Position numbers and translations under genes: made by a program. Source: Candidatus Omnitrophota bacterium (GTDB taxonomy: Bacteria; Omnitrophota; Gorgyraeia; Aquiviventales; Aquiviventaceae). From it: a DNA stretch of 64,000 nucleotides. Below the pieces are notes generated by a model. The model saw only the letters and a list, made by a program, of their open reading frames with translations. It did not search any database and was not told where the DNA came from. Location: NCBI GenBank assembly GCA_023247255.1, contig JAHFGV010000005.1, forward strand, positions 6,067 through 70,066, given 5' to 3'. Every line of letters starts with the position of its first letter. Position 1 is the first letter of the stretch. Positions 40,292-51,867 of this stretch are shown piece after piece.

Positions 40292-42250
40292 TTGACAGGC
40301 TTGTCTGGCCAGCGTCACACGCCGAGCCTCATCGTAACCGGCAACCCCAACGTCGGGAAAAGCGTCATCTTCCAGCTCCTCACCGGCCGCTACGCCACCG
40401 TGTCGAACTATCCGGGCACCACGGTTGCAGTTACCCGAGGATCGGCTTCGTTAGACGGCCGGGTGGTTCGCGTCTACGACACGCCAGGAATCAATAGCTT
40501 GTTCGCCGCCTCAGAAGATGAGCTGGTCGCACGCGATCTGCTGCTGGGTGAACGAACCACCGTGGTGCAGGTTAGCGATGCCAAGAACCTGCTACGTGCC
40601 CTCACACTGACCTTGGAACTGGCTGAAGCTGGACTTCCATCCGTCCTGGATCTGAACATGATGGACGAAGCCAGGGAACGTCGAATCAGCATTGATACGA
40701 AGAAGCTCTCAGGGTTACTTGGGATCTCGGTTGTGCCGACCATTGCAACGCAGCGGTGGGGTATCGAGCGGTTGCGTCGAGTGATCCTGCAGGCACAGCA
40801 GGCTCGGGTTGGCGTTTGCTACCCCAAAGTGATTGAAGATGCCATTGCCAAGATGGTGGAGGTCCTACCAAAGACGCTGGGCGTACGGAAAGCCCTGGCG
40901 TTGTTCTGGCTTGCTGGGGATCGGAACATCATCGAGCAGCTCAAGAAGCAATTCGACCCATCAATCATCGAGGCGCTGACGGCAATCGCTGCGCAGGCTC
41001 AAGAACAGACCTCTGGCCCATTAGGGTTGCTGATCAGTCAAGCCCGACTCCGCGAGGCCGAGCGACTCGTCAAGCAGGTGATGACGACTGCACCTCTGGA
41101 GCGCCAGCGGTGGTTTTACCGCCTGGGTGATTGGGCGATGCACCCGGTTTGGGGGGTGCCCATCCTCGTTGGCGTCCTGGTCATGATGTACTTCCTCGTC
41201 GGAAATCTCGCAGCTCAGCGTGGCGTAGATTTCCTAGAAGACGTGGTCTTTGGGCGCTACCTCACCCCAGTCTTTCAGTGGGTTGTTCAAGGGGCGATCC
41301 CTTGGGGGTGGCTCAAGGCGCTCTTCATCGGTGAGTACGGCCTGCTGACGATGGCTCTGCCCTACGCTTTTGCGATCATCCTGCCCATCGTGGGGATGTT
41401 CTTTCTCTGCTTCGGATTGCTTGAGGATGTGGGCTACCTTCCTCGACTAGCCGTGATGGCCAATCGCTTTTGTCGGCTCCTGGGTCTCAACGGCAAGGCG
41501 GTGCTCCCACTCGTGCTGGGGTTGGGATGCGACACAATGGCCACGATGACCGCCCGCATCCTCGACTCGGATCGGGATCGGATCATCACAACGCTCTTGT
41601 TGGCACTCGGCATCCCTTGTTCCGCTCAACTGGGCGTCATCCTAGCGATGCTGGCGGGCCGCCCGCCGTTGGCCCTGGGGATTTGGCTTGGCGTGTTACT
41701 CATGGTGATCATTGTGGTTGGTCAAGCCGCGTCAAGAATCCTGCCGGGCGAGGAGAGCCCGTTTCTCTACGAGATCCCACCGCTTCGCACGCCGAAGCTG
41801 TCGAATGTGCTGATCAAGACGCTGGGTCGCATCGAGTGGTATGTGAAAGAAGCCGTCCCGCTGTTCTTCCTGGGAACCCTGGTGTTATTCCTCCTCGATG
41901 TGACAGGAGCCCTGGCGGTCTTCGAGCGAATCGGGACCCCGCTCATTGTCTCGTGGCTCGGGCTGCCAGCCAAAGCGACCAGTGCATTTCTGGTGGGATT
42001 TCTCCGACGGGATTTTGGTGCGGCCGGGCTCTTCGCGCTTCAGCGAAACGGAATGTTATCTGGAGTCCAGACCGTCGTCAGCCTCGTTACCATCACGCTG
42101 TTTGTCCCCTGCATCGCCCAGTACTTCATGATGGTCAAAGAGCGCGGCTGGAAACTCGCAAATCTGATGGCGGGGTTTGTCTTCGGGATGGCGCTGCTTG
42201 TTGGAGGTCTCCTCTTGCGCGTTCTCACCCTGTTGCGAGTTACCCTATGA
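40292..42250 (+). CDS. feoB: Ferrous iron transporter FeoB; probable TTG start at 40292, upstream part of the listed ORF lies in the repeat
   Basis: G-domain GNPNVGKSVIFQLLTG...DTPG. Polytopic C-terminal permease domain. Confidence 0.85.
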   Translation: MTGLSGQRHTPSLIVTGNPNVGKSVIFQLLTGRYATVSNYPGTTVAVTRGSASLDGRVVRVYDTPGINSLFAASEDELVARDLLLGERTTVVQVSDAKNLLRALTLTLELAEAGLPSVLDLNMMDEARERRISIDTKKLSGLLGISVVPTIATQRWGIERLRRVILQAQQARVGVCYPKVIEDAIAKMVEVLPKTLGVRKALALFWLAGDRNIIEQLKKQFDPSIIEALTAIAAQAQEQTSGPLGLLISQARLREAERLVKQVMTTAPLERQRWFYRLGDWAMHPVWGVPILVGVLVMMYFLVGNLAAQRGVDFLEDVVFGRYLTPVFQWVVQGAIPWGWLKALFIGEYGLLTMALPYAFAIILPIVGMFFLCFGLLEDVGYLPRLAVMANRFCRLLGLNGKAVLPLVLGLGCDTMATMTARILDSDRDRIITTLLLALGIPCSAQLGVILAMLAGRPPLALGIWLGVLLMVIIVVGQAASRILPGEESPFLYEIPPLRTPKLSNVLIKTLGRIEWYVKEAVPLFFLGTLVLFLLDVTGALAVFERIGTPLIVSWLGLPAKATSAFLVGFLRRDFGAAGLFALQRNGMLSGVQTVVSLVTITLFVPCIAQYFMMVKERGWKLANLMAGFVFGMALLVGGLLLRVLTLLRVTL

Positions 42251-42359
42251 TTCCACCACCTGTGTGTTGGCCGCAGGCCGGGCGCTGGCGTGGCACGCGG
42301 CCCCCTCGATGGAGCCAGCGACCGGTTTCGCCTTCGGCGAAACCATATAGTGTGGTAGG

Positions 42360-42563
42360 ATGACCTGTCCGCTCTGCGGCTTTGCCTTCGGAGAGAGGGA
42401 GCAAACCTGGGCTTGTCAGCGTTGCCCCTTGGCGTCCGGCTGTCGACTTACCCGCTGCCCACGATGCGGCTATGAGTGGGCAGAGGAATCACGGTTGGTG
42501 AACTGGCTCAAAGAGCGCTGGCGTATCCTCGAACGCCCCAACGGTCATGACGATCCATCGTGA
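42360..42563 (+). CDS. Small Cys-rich zinc-ribbon protein (feo-associated?)
   Basis: 67 aa with CPLC...CQRC...CPRC. Confidence 0.4.
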   Translation: MTCPLCGFAFGEREQTWACQRCPLASGCRLTRCPRCGYEWAEESRLVNWLKERWRILERPNGHDDPS

Positions 42564-43254
42564 GCAGATTGAAGAGTTGCTGGAGCTGTGCTGGACAGCG
42601 GCAGAGGACGGCCTGGCGCCGCTTGATCGCCACCAGTTGCCGACGCAGCTTCTGTGTTTTCTTCCGCACCCCATTGAGCCAAACGGCGATGTCCAACAGG
42701 AAACTATCGATGTGATGGTTCAGGAAGGACTCCTGTTGAGTGACGGTCGGCGCATCCGATTAAGTGCGACGGGAACGCCCCAGGCCAAAGAGGTGGTCCG
42801 TCGGCATCGCCTTACCGAGGTGCTCCTCCATACCCTCCTTGACATCTCCGAAGAATCTATGGAGTCGACCGCTTGCCAAGTGGAGCATATCCTCAATGCC
42901 GAGGTGACCGAAGCGGTGTGCACATTCCTGGGTCATCCCCCGATCTGCCCGCATGGCCGTGCCATCCCACAGGGCCATTGCTGTGAAACTTCGCGCGCGA
43001 GGCTAGAGCCACTCATTGTTCCTTTAGCTCGCTTAACGATTGGCGAGACAGCGAGCGTCGCGTTTGTACACACCACGCGACACGCCTATCTTCAGCGTCT
43101 GAGCACGTTGGGGCTTGCACCCGGACGGCCCATTCGATTGCGTCAAACGCAACCTGCGCTTGTTGTGCAAGTGGGAGAAACCGAGCTCGCCTTAGATAAC
43201 GAGGCTGGCCAAGAAATCTTCGTGAGGCGAAACCCACACAACACCCCTGCGTAG
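42547..43254 (+). CDS. DtxR/IdeR-family metal-dependent regulator with a C-terminal FeoA/SH3-like domain
   Basis: RRHRLTEVLL...HILN...CPHG metal-site pattern. C-terminal LARLTIGETASV FeoA-like domain. Confidence 0.65.
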   Translation: MTIHREQIEELLELCWTAAEDGLAPLDRHQLPTQLLCFLPHPIEPNGDVQQETIDVMVQEGLLLSDGRRIRLSATGTPQAKEVVRRHRLTEVLLHTLLDISEESMESTACQVEHILNAEVTEAVCTFLGHPPICPHGRAIPQGHCCETSRARLEPLIVPLARLTIGETASVAFVHTTRHAYLQRLSTLGLAPGRPIRLRQTQPALVVQVGETELALDNEAGQEIFVRRNPHNTPA

Positions 43255-43308
43255 CCTTCCACACGACCCAAGTCCCCTGGACGCCGTGTAATCAGAATCT
43301 ATCCATCC

Positions 43309-43322
43309 ATGACTCCCGTCAT
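43309..43322. promoter_or_regulatory. Palindromic candidate operator ATGAC-TCCC-GTCAT overlapping the start of the HTH gene
   Basis: Extended similarity to 39821 (tccatgac...cgtcatggaaga). Confidence 0.35.
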
Positions 43323-43581
43323 GGAAGAGCCTAGAGCAGATGCTGTAGGCTTTGATGTGCAGATGGACACAGTGACGGTCCGTGAGAAAATTAAGCGGCT
43401 GAAGACTACTCGACAGGCGCTGAGCTGGTCCGAGGAGGTCTGTGCCTATCACCTGGGCGTGACGTACTCGACCTTGAACCGTTGGGAGCGCGGCGAGTCC
43501 TTGCCGAAGAGCCGCGCGGTGCTCAAAGCGATTGACCAGTTCATTGCCCGGCACAGCAAGGAACAAGTCGGAAGGAGGTAA
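43309..43581 (+). CDS. XRE-family helix-turn-helix regulator
   Basis: [29 protein letters not shown]_3 pattern. Start uncertain because the ATG lies inside a palindrome. Confidence 0.45.
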   Translation: MTPVMEEPRADAVGFDVQMDTVTVREKIKRLKTTRQALSWSEEVCAYHLGVTYSTLNRWERGESLPKSRAVLKAIDQFIARHSKEQVGRR

Positions 43582-43586
43582 CAGGC

Positions 43587-43760
43587 ATGTTTGGGAATAT
43601 TGGGTTTCCAGAGCTGTTGGTGATTTTGTCGATCGTGCTCCTCCTCTTTGGGGCCAAGCGGCTGCCGGAGATTGCGCGTGGCTTGGGGAAGTCGCTCTCT
43701 GAATTCAAGAAGGGACTGAAGGAGATCGAGCACGACGTCAACGATGTCAAGAAGGTCTGA
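43587..43760 (+). CDS. tatA: Twin-arginine translocase subunit TatA/E (57 aa, below the ORF-track cutoff)
   Basis: RBS gaaggagg. [37 protein letters not shown]. Confidence 0.8.
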   Translation: MFGNIGFPELLVILSIVLLLFGAKRLPEIARGLGKSLSEFKKGLKEIEHDVNDVKKV

Positions 43761-43766
43761 GCGAAG

Positions 43767-45365
43767 GTGGCGGCTCCGGTCAACCGGCCGATGACGGAAG
43801 CGTTGAGGATGCGTCTCGGTATGCTGATTGCGGTGGTTGCGCTAGGCTCAGGGTGCGCCAAGGAGCCATCCGCAACACTCTCGAGCGCGAAACCGTCTGT
43901 GACCCCGCAGATCGTTGAAATGGGCCGGCGGCTTTACAACAAGCAGTGCGCGGTCTGTCATGGCCCGAAGGGCGCGGGCGACGGCCAGGCAGCTTACCTC
44001 CTCTATCCTAAGCCGCGCGATTTCACACAAAACGAATTCCGACTTGTCTCGACCAGCACGATGCAGGCCACCGATGAAGATCTGTTTCTCACCATTACCC
44101 GTGGGACGCCCGGCTCCGCGATGCCCTCCTGGGAGACGCTGACGTCGGAGCAGCGCTGGGCGTTGGTGTATTACGTTCGCCACCTCACGGGTGCGAGCGA
44201 ATCCATTGATCCAGCCTCAATCATCCACGTCCCTCCAGAGACGCCGAAGACCCCCGAGAGCATCGCGCGTGGCCGCCAAATTTTTGTCCAGGCGTGCGCG
44301 TCCTGCCATGGGCCACAAGGCCGCGGTGATGGGCAGCAGGTCATGGCGGACAACGCCGGATATCCTATCAAGCCACGCGATCTCACCGCAGGCGTCTTTA
44401 AGGGGTCGTCTGAGAGCAACGATTTGTATTACCGAATTGTCGCTGGATTGCCGGGCAGCCCGATGCCAAGTTACGCTGACGTCTACACCGACGAGCAGTT
44501 GTGGGATCTCATCCACTACGTTCAATCGCTCGTACCGTCGGGAGTCGAGGATCGCGTCCGCATGCATGCACGGAGCATCCGCGCCCATCGGGTCAGAGGC
44601 GACATCCCATTAGAACCGACAGCGAAAATCTGGAGCACGAGACAACCGGTCTCTATCGCCCTCACACCATTGTGGTGGCGCGATCACCGAGTCGAAGGGG
44701 TCGAGGTCAAAGCGTTGCACAACGGCAAAGAGCTCGCGCTTCAATTGTCATGGAACGACCAGACGCGTGACAACTCGACCCTCACCCCGCAGGCGTTTTC
44801 CGATGGTGTCGCGGTAGAATTCTCCTTAGAACAGGACCCGCCGTTCTTTGGGATGGGTGACGCAAACGGAGTCGTGCAGATATGGCACTGGAAAGCCTCC
44901 TGGCAGGAGGACCTCAAGGGCTGGCAGGACGTGGAGACCGCCTACCCCAATGCTGCCGTGGATTGGTATCCCGCACAGCGTGACTATCAGCACGGTGAAC
45001 CCTCCGAGGTGAGCCAGTCGAGGACGGCCTCGCAGGACCCACGGTTCATGGGCGGATGGGGAGCGGGCAATCCCCTCTCCGATCCGAATCGAACGTCAGC
45101 GGCTGAGGAAGCGATGGCCAAGGGATTGGGGACGCTGACCTCACGCGCACCTTCGATGCAACGGATCCAAGCGGATGGTCTCTGGCAAGACGGTCGGTGG
45201 CAGGTCGTGCTGCATCGACCGCTTGCGCCCAACGAGGAGGGGGATCTGAGGCTGAAGCCTGGGCAGCAAGTCAGCGCGGCGTTTGCGATCTGGGATGGCC
45301 ATGCCGGGGATCGCAACGGCCAAAAGAGCGTGTCGATTTGGAACATCTTGGAGCTGGAGCGATAG
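43767..45365 (+). CDS. Lipoprotein-type diheme cytochrome c fused to a Trp-rich EB_dh/DOMON-like domain; candidate gamma/electron-transfer subunit for the adjacent molybdoenzyme
   Basis: LGSGC lipobox. CAVCHGPKGAGDG and CASCHGPQGRGDG. Approximately 270-aa C-terminal beta-rich W-rich domain. Confidence 0.6.
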   Translation: MAAPVNRPMTEALRMRLGMLIAVVALGSGCAKEPSATLSSAKPSVTPQIVEMGRRLYNKQCAVCHGPKGAGDGQAAYLLYPKPRDFTQNEFRLVSTSTMQATDEDLFLTITRGTPGSAMPSWETLTSEQRWALVYYVRHLTGASESIDPASIIHVPPETPKTPESIARGRQIFVQACASCHGPQGRGDGQQVMADNAGYPIKPRDLTAGVFKGSSESNDLYYRIVAGLPGSPMPSYADVYTDEQLWDLIHYVQSLVPSGVEDRVRMHARSIRAHRVRGDIPLEPTAKIWSTRQPVSIALTPLWWRDHRVEGVEVKALHNGKELALQLSWNDQTRDNSTLTPQAFSDGVAVEFSLEQDPPFFGMGDANGVVQIWHWKASWQEDLKGWQDVETAYPNAAVDWYPAQRDYQHGEPSEVSQSRTASQDPRFMGGWGAGNPLSDPNRTSAAEEAMAKGLGTLTSRAPSMQRIQADGLWQDGRWQVVLHRPLAPNEEGDLRLKPGQQVSAAFAIWDGHAGDRNGQKSVSIWNILELER

Positions 45366-45366
45366 C

Positions 45367-48300
45367 CATGTATCTGACGCGTCGTCAGTTTTTAAAACTC
45401 TCAGGAGCTACTGGAATCGGGTTGTATCTCGCCTCACGCGAGGTCTCGCTCTGGGCGCTGGAGCCGGTGAGCGAGATAGAGAATCCGCTCGCCTACTATC
45501 CTTCGCGAGACTGGGAGAAGCTCTACCGCGACCAGTACCGGTATGACAGCACCTTCTCCTGGGTCTGCTCGCCCAACGACACGCACGCCTGCCGGGTCCT
45601 GGCGTACGTGAGAAACGGCGTCGTGGTGCGTCTTGGCTCAGAGTACAACTATGAAACCTACGCCGACCTGTACGGAAACAAGGCCACTCCCAACTGGAAC
45701 CCGCGCCAGTGCGCCAAAGGTTTCACCTTTCATCGGCTCATCTACGGTCCTTACCGCTTGAAACATCCCATCATCCGTAACGGTTGGAAGCGCTGGGCCG
45801 ACGACGGATTCCCAACGCTGACCCCTGAGAAAAAGACACAATACAAGTTTGACTCGCGCGGCACAGACACTTTTGAAAAAATCAGTTGGGAGGATATCTA
45901 CGGCTACATTGCCCGCGGCCTCATCGCTATCGCTACGCGCTACAGCGGCGAGCCGGGCATAACACTCCTGCGCGCACAGGGCTATCCCGAGGAAATGATC
46001 CAAGCGATGGGTGGGGCCGGGACACGGACCTTGAAGTTCCGCGGCGGGATGGGCCTGCTTGGGGTGTTTGGCAAGTACGGCATGTACCGACTGGCGAACA
46101 CGATGGCGCTTCTCGATGTCCACCTGCGCGGTGTCAAGCCTGAGGAGGCGAAGGCCGGACGGACGTGGTCCAACTACACGTGGCACGGCGATCAGGCGCC
46201 GGGGCATCCCTGGGTGCATGGATTGCAGAACGCCGACTGCGATTTCAACGACCTTCGTTTTTCCAAGCTGATCATCCAGGACGGCAAGAACCTCTGCGAG
46301 AACAAGATGACCGACTCGCACTGGTTCATTGAATGTATGGAGCGTGGGGCAAAGCTGGTGACGATCGCGCCCGAATACAGCCCGCCGGCGTCGAAGTCGG
46401 ACTATTGGATTCCGATTCGCCCGCAGACCGATGCCGCGCTCTTCTTGGGTATCACGCGCCTCATGATCGACCGAGGCTGGTACGACCGGGAGTTTATCCT
46501 GAACTTCACCGACTTTCCGCTCTTGGTGCGAACCGACACCCTGCGGCGCCTTCGAGCGAATGAGATCCTGCCGGGCTACCAAGGGCAGTTGTCCAAGGAC
46601 GGCCCAAGCTACAAGCTCCAGGGATTGAAGGACGAGCAGTATGCCAAGTTGGGGGACTTCGTCGTCTGGGATGAATCCTCCGGAGCGCCCGCCGCAATCA
46701 CACGCGACGACGTCGGCAAGCGTCTCGTACAGAAAGGCGTCCACCCCGCGCTTGAAGGGACGTTTACACTCAACACGGTGGATGGGAAGCGTATTGAGGT
46801 GATGACGCTCTTTTCGCTCTATCAACTCCACCTCAAGGACTACGACCTTGATACCGTGCATGAGATCACTCGCGCGCCGAGAGAGCAGATCGAACAACTC
46901 GCGAAGGACATCGCCACTATCTCGCCAGTCGCGATCCACCAAGGCGAGGGCATCAACCACTACTTCCACGCCACCGAGGCCAATCGCGCCGCCTATCTGC
47001 CGCTGATGCTGACCGGCAACATCGGCCAACGCGGTGCTGGCTGCTACGGATGGGCCGGCAACTACAAGGCTGCGCTTTTCCAAGGCTCTCCATGGACCGG
47101 TCCGGGATTCAAAGGCTGGGTGGCCGAGGATCCGTTTGAGCCTAACCTTGACCCCAACGCGCACGGGAAAGACATCCACGCGCACGCCTACTTCAAGGAC
47201 GAAGAGCCGGCTTATTGGAACCACGGGGATAAGCCGCTGATCGTCGAGACGCCCAAGGGCGGCCGCAAGGTCTTCACCGGCAACACTCACATGCCCACAC
47301 CCACAAAGGCGATGCTTTTCACCAACGTGAACCTCATCAACAATGCCAAGTGGGTCTATGAGATGCTCAAGAACGTCAACCCGAATGTCGAGATGATCCT
47401 TTCTATCGACATCCAAATGACCGCTTCGATCGAATACGCGGACTTAGCACTGCCGGCGAATAGCTGGCTTGAGTTCGAGGGGCTGGAGGTTACGGCGTCA
47501 TGCTCCAACCCTTTCCTCCAGATCTGGAAGGGCGGGATTCCGCCTGTGTTCGACAGCCGGGATGATCTGGTGATTCTCGCCCAGATCGCCGAAGCGCTCG
47601 GCAAGGAAATCGGCGATACGCGCTGCAGCGACTACTGGAAGTTTGCGCTCGAGGGCAAGCGCGAAGTCTACATCCAGCGGCTGCTGGATTCCTGCACGAC
47701 GACGGTTGGCTATCGTCTGGAGGACATCATGGCGGGCAAGTACGGGCCGCCGGGGGCGGCACTCATGCTCTTTCGCACCTATCCCCGGATCCCCTTCTGG
47801 GAGCAGGTGCACGAGGACTTACCTTTCTACACCGACCACGGGAGGCTTTCGGCCTACACCGATGTGCCCGAGGCGATCGAGTACGGCGAGAATTTCATCG
47901 TCCACCGTGAAGGTGCGGAGGCGACACCCTACCTGCCGAACGTCATCGTCAGCAGCAACCCGTACATCCGCCCCAACGATTACGGTATTCCCTTATCGGC
48001 GGAGCACTGGGATGACCGCACGGTGCGCAACGTGAAGATGCCGTGGGATCAGGTCAAAGGCACAAAGAATTTCCTCTGGGAAAAGGGCTTTCAGTTTTAC
48101 TGTCTAACTCCCAAGAGCCGCCATCGCGTCCACTCGCTTTGGAGCAACGTGGACTGGCACCAAATCTGGGACTCCAACTTCGGCGATCCCTACCGGATGG
48201 ACAAACGCAGCCCTGGTGTTGGCGAACACCAGGTTCACATGAATCCCCAGGCGGCAAAGGATTTAGGGATCAATGACGGCGATTACGCCTATGTCGATGC

Positions 48301-48820
48301 GAATCCAGCAGATCGTCCCTACATTGGGGCGAAACCTGACGATCCGTTCTATCGGGTGGCGCGGCTGATGCTGCGTGTCAAGTACAACGCAGCCTACCCG
48401 TACAACGTCGTCATGATGAAGCACGGGACCTATATTGCCACCGAGAAATCTGTGAAGGCCCACGAGACGCGCAAGGATGGACGGGCCCTCTCCGCTGACA
48501 CCGGCTACCAGGCGAACTTCCGCTACGGGTCGCAGCAGAGTGTCACGCGCAACTGGCACATGCCGATGCACCAGACCGACTCACTCTTCCACAAGGCGAA
48601 GGTCTTCATGGGCTTTCTCTTCGGCGGCGAGGCGGACAATCACGCGGTCAACACGGTTCCGAAAGAGACGCTGGTGCGCGTGACGAAAGCGGAAGACGGC
48701 GGGTTGGGTGGCCAGGGCGTGTGGGCTCCGGCGACGACCGGCTATACCCCGGCCAACGAGAACGACACGATGAAGAAGTACCTCGAAGGCCGGTTCGTTG
48801 AGGAGAGCAAGAAATGGTAA
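45367..48820 (+). CDS. Tat-exported NarG/NxrA-like molybdopterin oxidoreductase alpha subunit (type II DMSO-reductase family; about 1151 aa)
   Basis: ATG 45367 gives MYLTRRQFLKLSGATGIGL, a twin-arginine signal. N-terminal Cys/His FS0-type cluster region. Length and Tat signal fit periplasmic Nxr/Nar-like enzymes rather than cytoplasmic NarG. Confidence 0.8.
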
Positions 48821-49521
48821 ACGAGAGCCGCGCTTACCGCAATCGATGGAAATATCTATGTGCAGGGCTTACGAGCGTCATGCTCGTTCTAGGACTCACT
48901 CCAATGAGCTGGGCGAGGGATGATCTCCAGGTGTGGAATACCATCGAGCTCAGCAAGCGGCTCGGTCCACATTGGGAGGTGTTTTTCCTTCCGGAGATAC
49001 GGATACGCGATGATGCGGGCGAGTTCTTTTACCACGAGTACCGCCAGGGTGTGCGCTACAAGCCCTCCAAACACTGGCAACTCGGGCTCAATTACCTATT
49101 CGTTCGCAACGAGTCCTCCGGCAAACCGCTCGAGGAGCATACCGGCGAGCTCGACCTCACGCCTAAAACGACGCTAGGCCCCCTCGAGGTCTCTCTGCGA
49201 GGGCGGCTGGCGCTGCGGACCATTCAAGGCAGCACCGGCGAGCAGGAATGGCAGTTTCGAGTGATGCCGAAGGTCGCGTATCCGACCCAGTTCGTCGGTC
49301 ACAAGCTCATCCCCTACGCCGCCGATGATCTGTACTACGACTACACCCGCGACGCGTGGAACCAGAACCGGGTGTTCCTTGGTCTTGCCATCCCCATGGG
49401 CAAGGCGCTTGGCGCCGAGACGACGGTGGATGTCTACTACATGCTCCAGAGTCAACTCGGCAAACGGCACGACTGGAGCAGCAGCCACGTCCTGGGGACG
49501 AAACTGAGTGTCAGATTTTGA
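48814..49521 (+). CDS. Exported beta-rich protein (possible small outer-membrane barrel or heme-b gamma-like subunit), interposed between the alpha and beta genes
   Basis: Signal peptide. Alternating hydrophobic pattern. C-terminal ...LSVRF. Confidence 0.35.
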   Translation: MVNESRAYRNRWKYLCAGLTSVMLVLGLTPMSWARDDLQVWNTIELSKRLGPHWEVFFLPEIRIRDDAGEFFYHEYRQGVRYKPSKHWQLGLNYLFVRNESSGKPLEEHTGELDLTPKTTLGPLEVSLRGRLALRTIQGSTGEQEWQFRVMPKVAYPTQFVGHKLIPYAADDLYYDYTRDAWNQNRVFLGLAIPMGKALGAETTVDVYYMLQSQLGKRHDWSSSHVLGTKLSVRF

Positions 49522-49541
49522 CGAGATGAGGCGTGTGAGCG

Positions 49542-49818
49542 ATGCCGTATAAGGAACCCGAACCGGATGATCCTTTGGAGCTGACGGGAGTCGTCCTACC
49601 TGCTTCGGACGAGACGTCACTGAAGGAAATGGCCGTGTGTTTCGTCGAAGAGTTCCTGCGCGACGGCTGGTCGGATGAGCAGCTTCGTGCGATGTTCCGC
49701 AATCCCTACTACCGAGGTCCCTACCTCGTGTGGCGGCAGAAGGGCGATGCATACGTGGAGGCTGTGATCCAGGAAGTCCGTCACATCTGGCGCCCCAACG
49801 CAGCCGGAGGAGCGACTC

Positions 49819-49826
<8 letters not shown>
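49542..49826 (+). CDS. Small hypothetical protein (94 aa)
   Basis: Overlaps the beta subunit start. No recognisable motif. Confidence 0.3.
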
Positions 49827-51057
<1,231 letters not shown>

Positions 51058-51087
51058 ATTTTGCTGCGCAACATTTATTAACCGGAT

Positions 51088-51867
51088 ATGAATCCTACGA
51101 TAAATCTTCCTTCGGAAAATTTAATTGAGGACCTGCTGGCGAGAAGCGCCGTCTATCATGCGCTGTCGCTGCTGCTGCGCCATCCAGACGCGGCCGCCAT
51201 GAAGTGGCTGTCGATGCGGGAATATCAGCGGCTGGCTGAGGTCGTGGAGATGCTGACGAAGGAACGAAAGGGATCATTGCACGAGGCTGTGCGGTATATG
51301 ATGACGGCGTTCGAGGGGGTGTCGATTGCGGAGTGGACCCGCGACTATGAACGGATCTTCGGACACTCGGTCCAGAGCGCGGCGCCACCCTATGAACTGG
51401 AGTACGGCGAGGAGCACAGCCATCGGCAGCCGCAGGAGCTGGGCGATATCGCGGCATTCTATCGAGCGTTCGGCCTTCGCGTGGCCTTTGCCTCGCATGA
51501 GCGGATCGATCATATCGTCACGGAGTGCGACTTCATGCAGTACCTGCTCTATAAGCAAGCCTGTGCACTTGATGAGGGGAGCGAGGAGCGGGCGGATGTG
51601 TGCGAAACGGCAGCCCAGCAGTTCCTCGCTGATCACCTCGGTCGCTGGGGTCCGGCCTTTGCCCTAAGACTCTCGCGAGCGGCTGAGCAGAGAGTCTTGG
51701 GAGCGCTTGCCGATACGACCCTGGCATGGCTGGTGCAGGATTGCGAGCGTATGCAGGTGCCTACCGGATCACGCGACCTCCCGCTGCGACTGCCCAAGGA
51801 ACGGGATGAGGTGGGATGCGCAGCGTGCGCACCTCAGCAGCTAGGAAATACTGATGGCAAGCGTTGA
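51088..51867 (+). CDS. NarJ/TorD-family redox-enzyme maturation chaperone
   Basis: 259 aa. Position after beta. Acidic helical protein with the EYxRLF-type pattern (ERIFG). Confidence 0.55.
   Translation: MNPTINLPSENLIEDLLARSAVYHALSLLLRHPDAAAMKWLSMREYQRLAEVVEMLTKERKGSLHEAVRYMMTAFEGVSIAEWTRDYERIFGHSVQSAAPPYELEYGEEHSHRQPQELGDIAAFYRAFGLRVAFASHERIDHIVTECDFMQYLLYKQACALDEGSEERADVCETAAQQFLADHLGRWGPAFALRLSRAAEQRVLGALADTTLAWLVQDCERMQVPTGSRDLPLRLPKERDEVGCAACAPQQLGNTDGKR

Noticed and set aside
45638-47416. 592-aa minus-strand ORF
   Set aside because: Lies entirely antisense within the well-supported NxrA/NarG-like gene. Its low-complexity Arg/Gly/Val-rich translation is typical of spurious ORFs in GC-rich DNA.
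45367-48820. Cytoplasmic respiratory nitrate reductase NarG interpretation
   Set aside because: A clear twin-arginine signal peptide and the absence of narI favour a periplasmic type II enzyme (Nxr-like or other).
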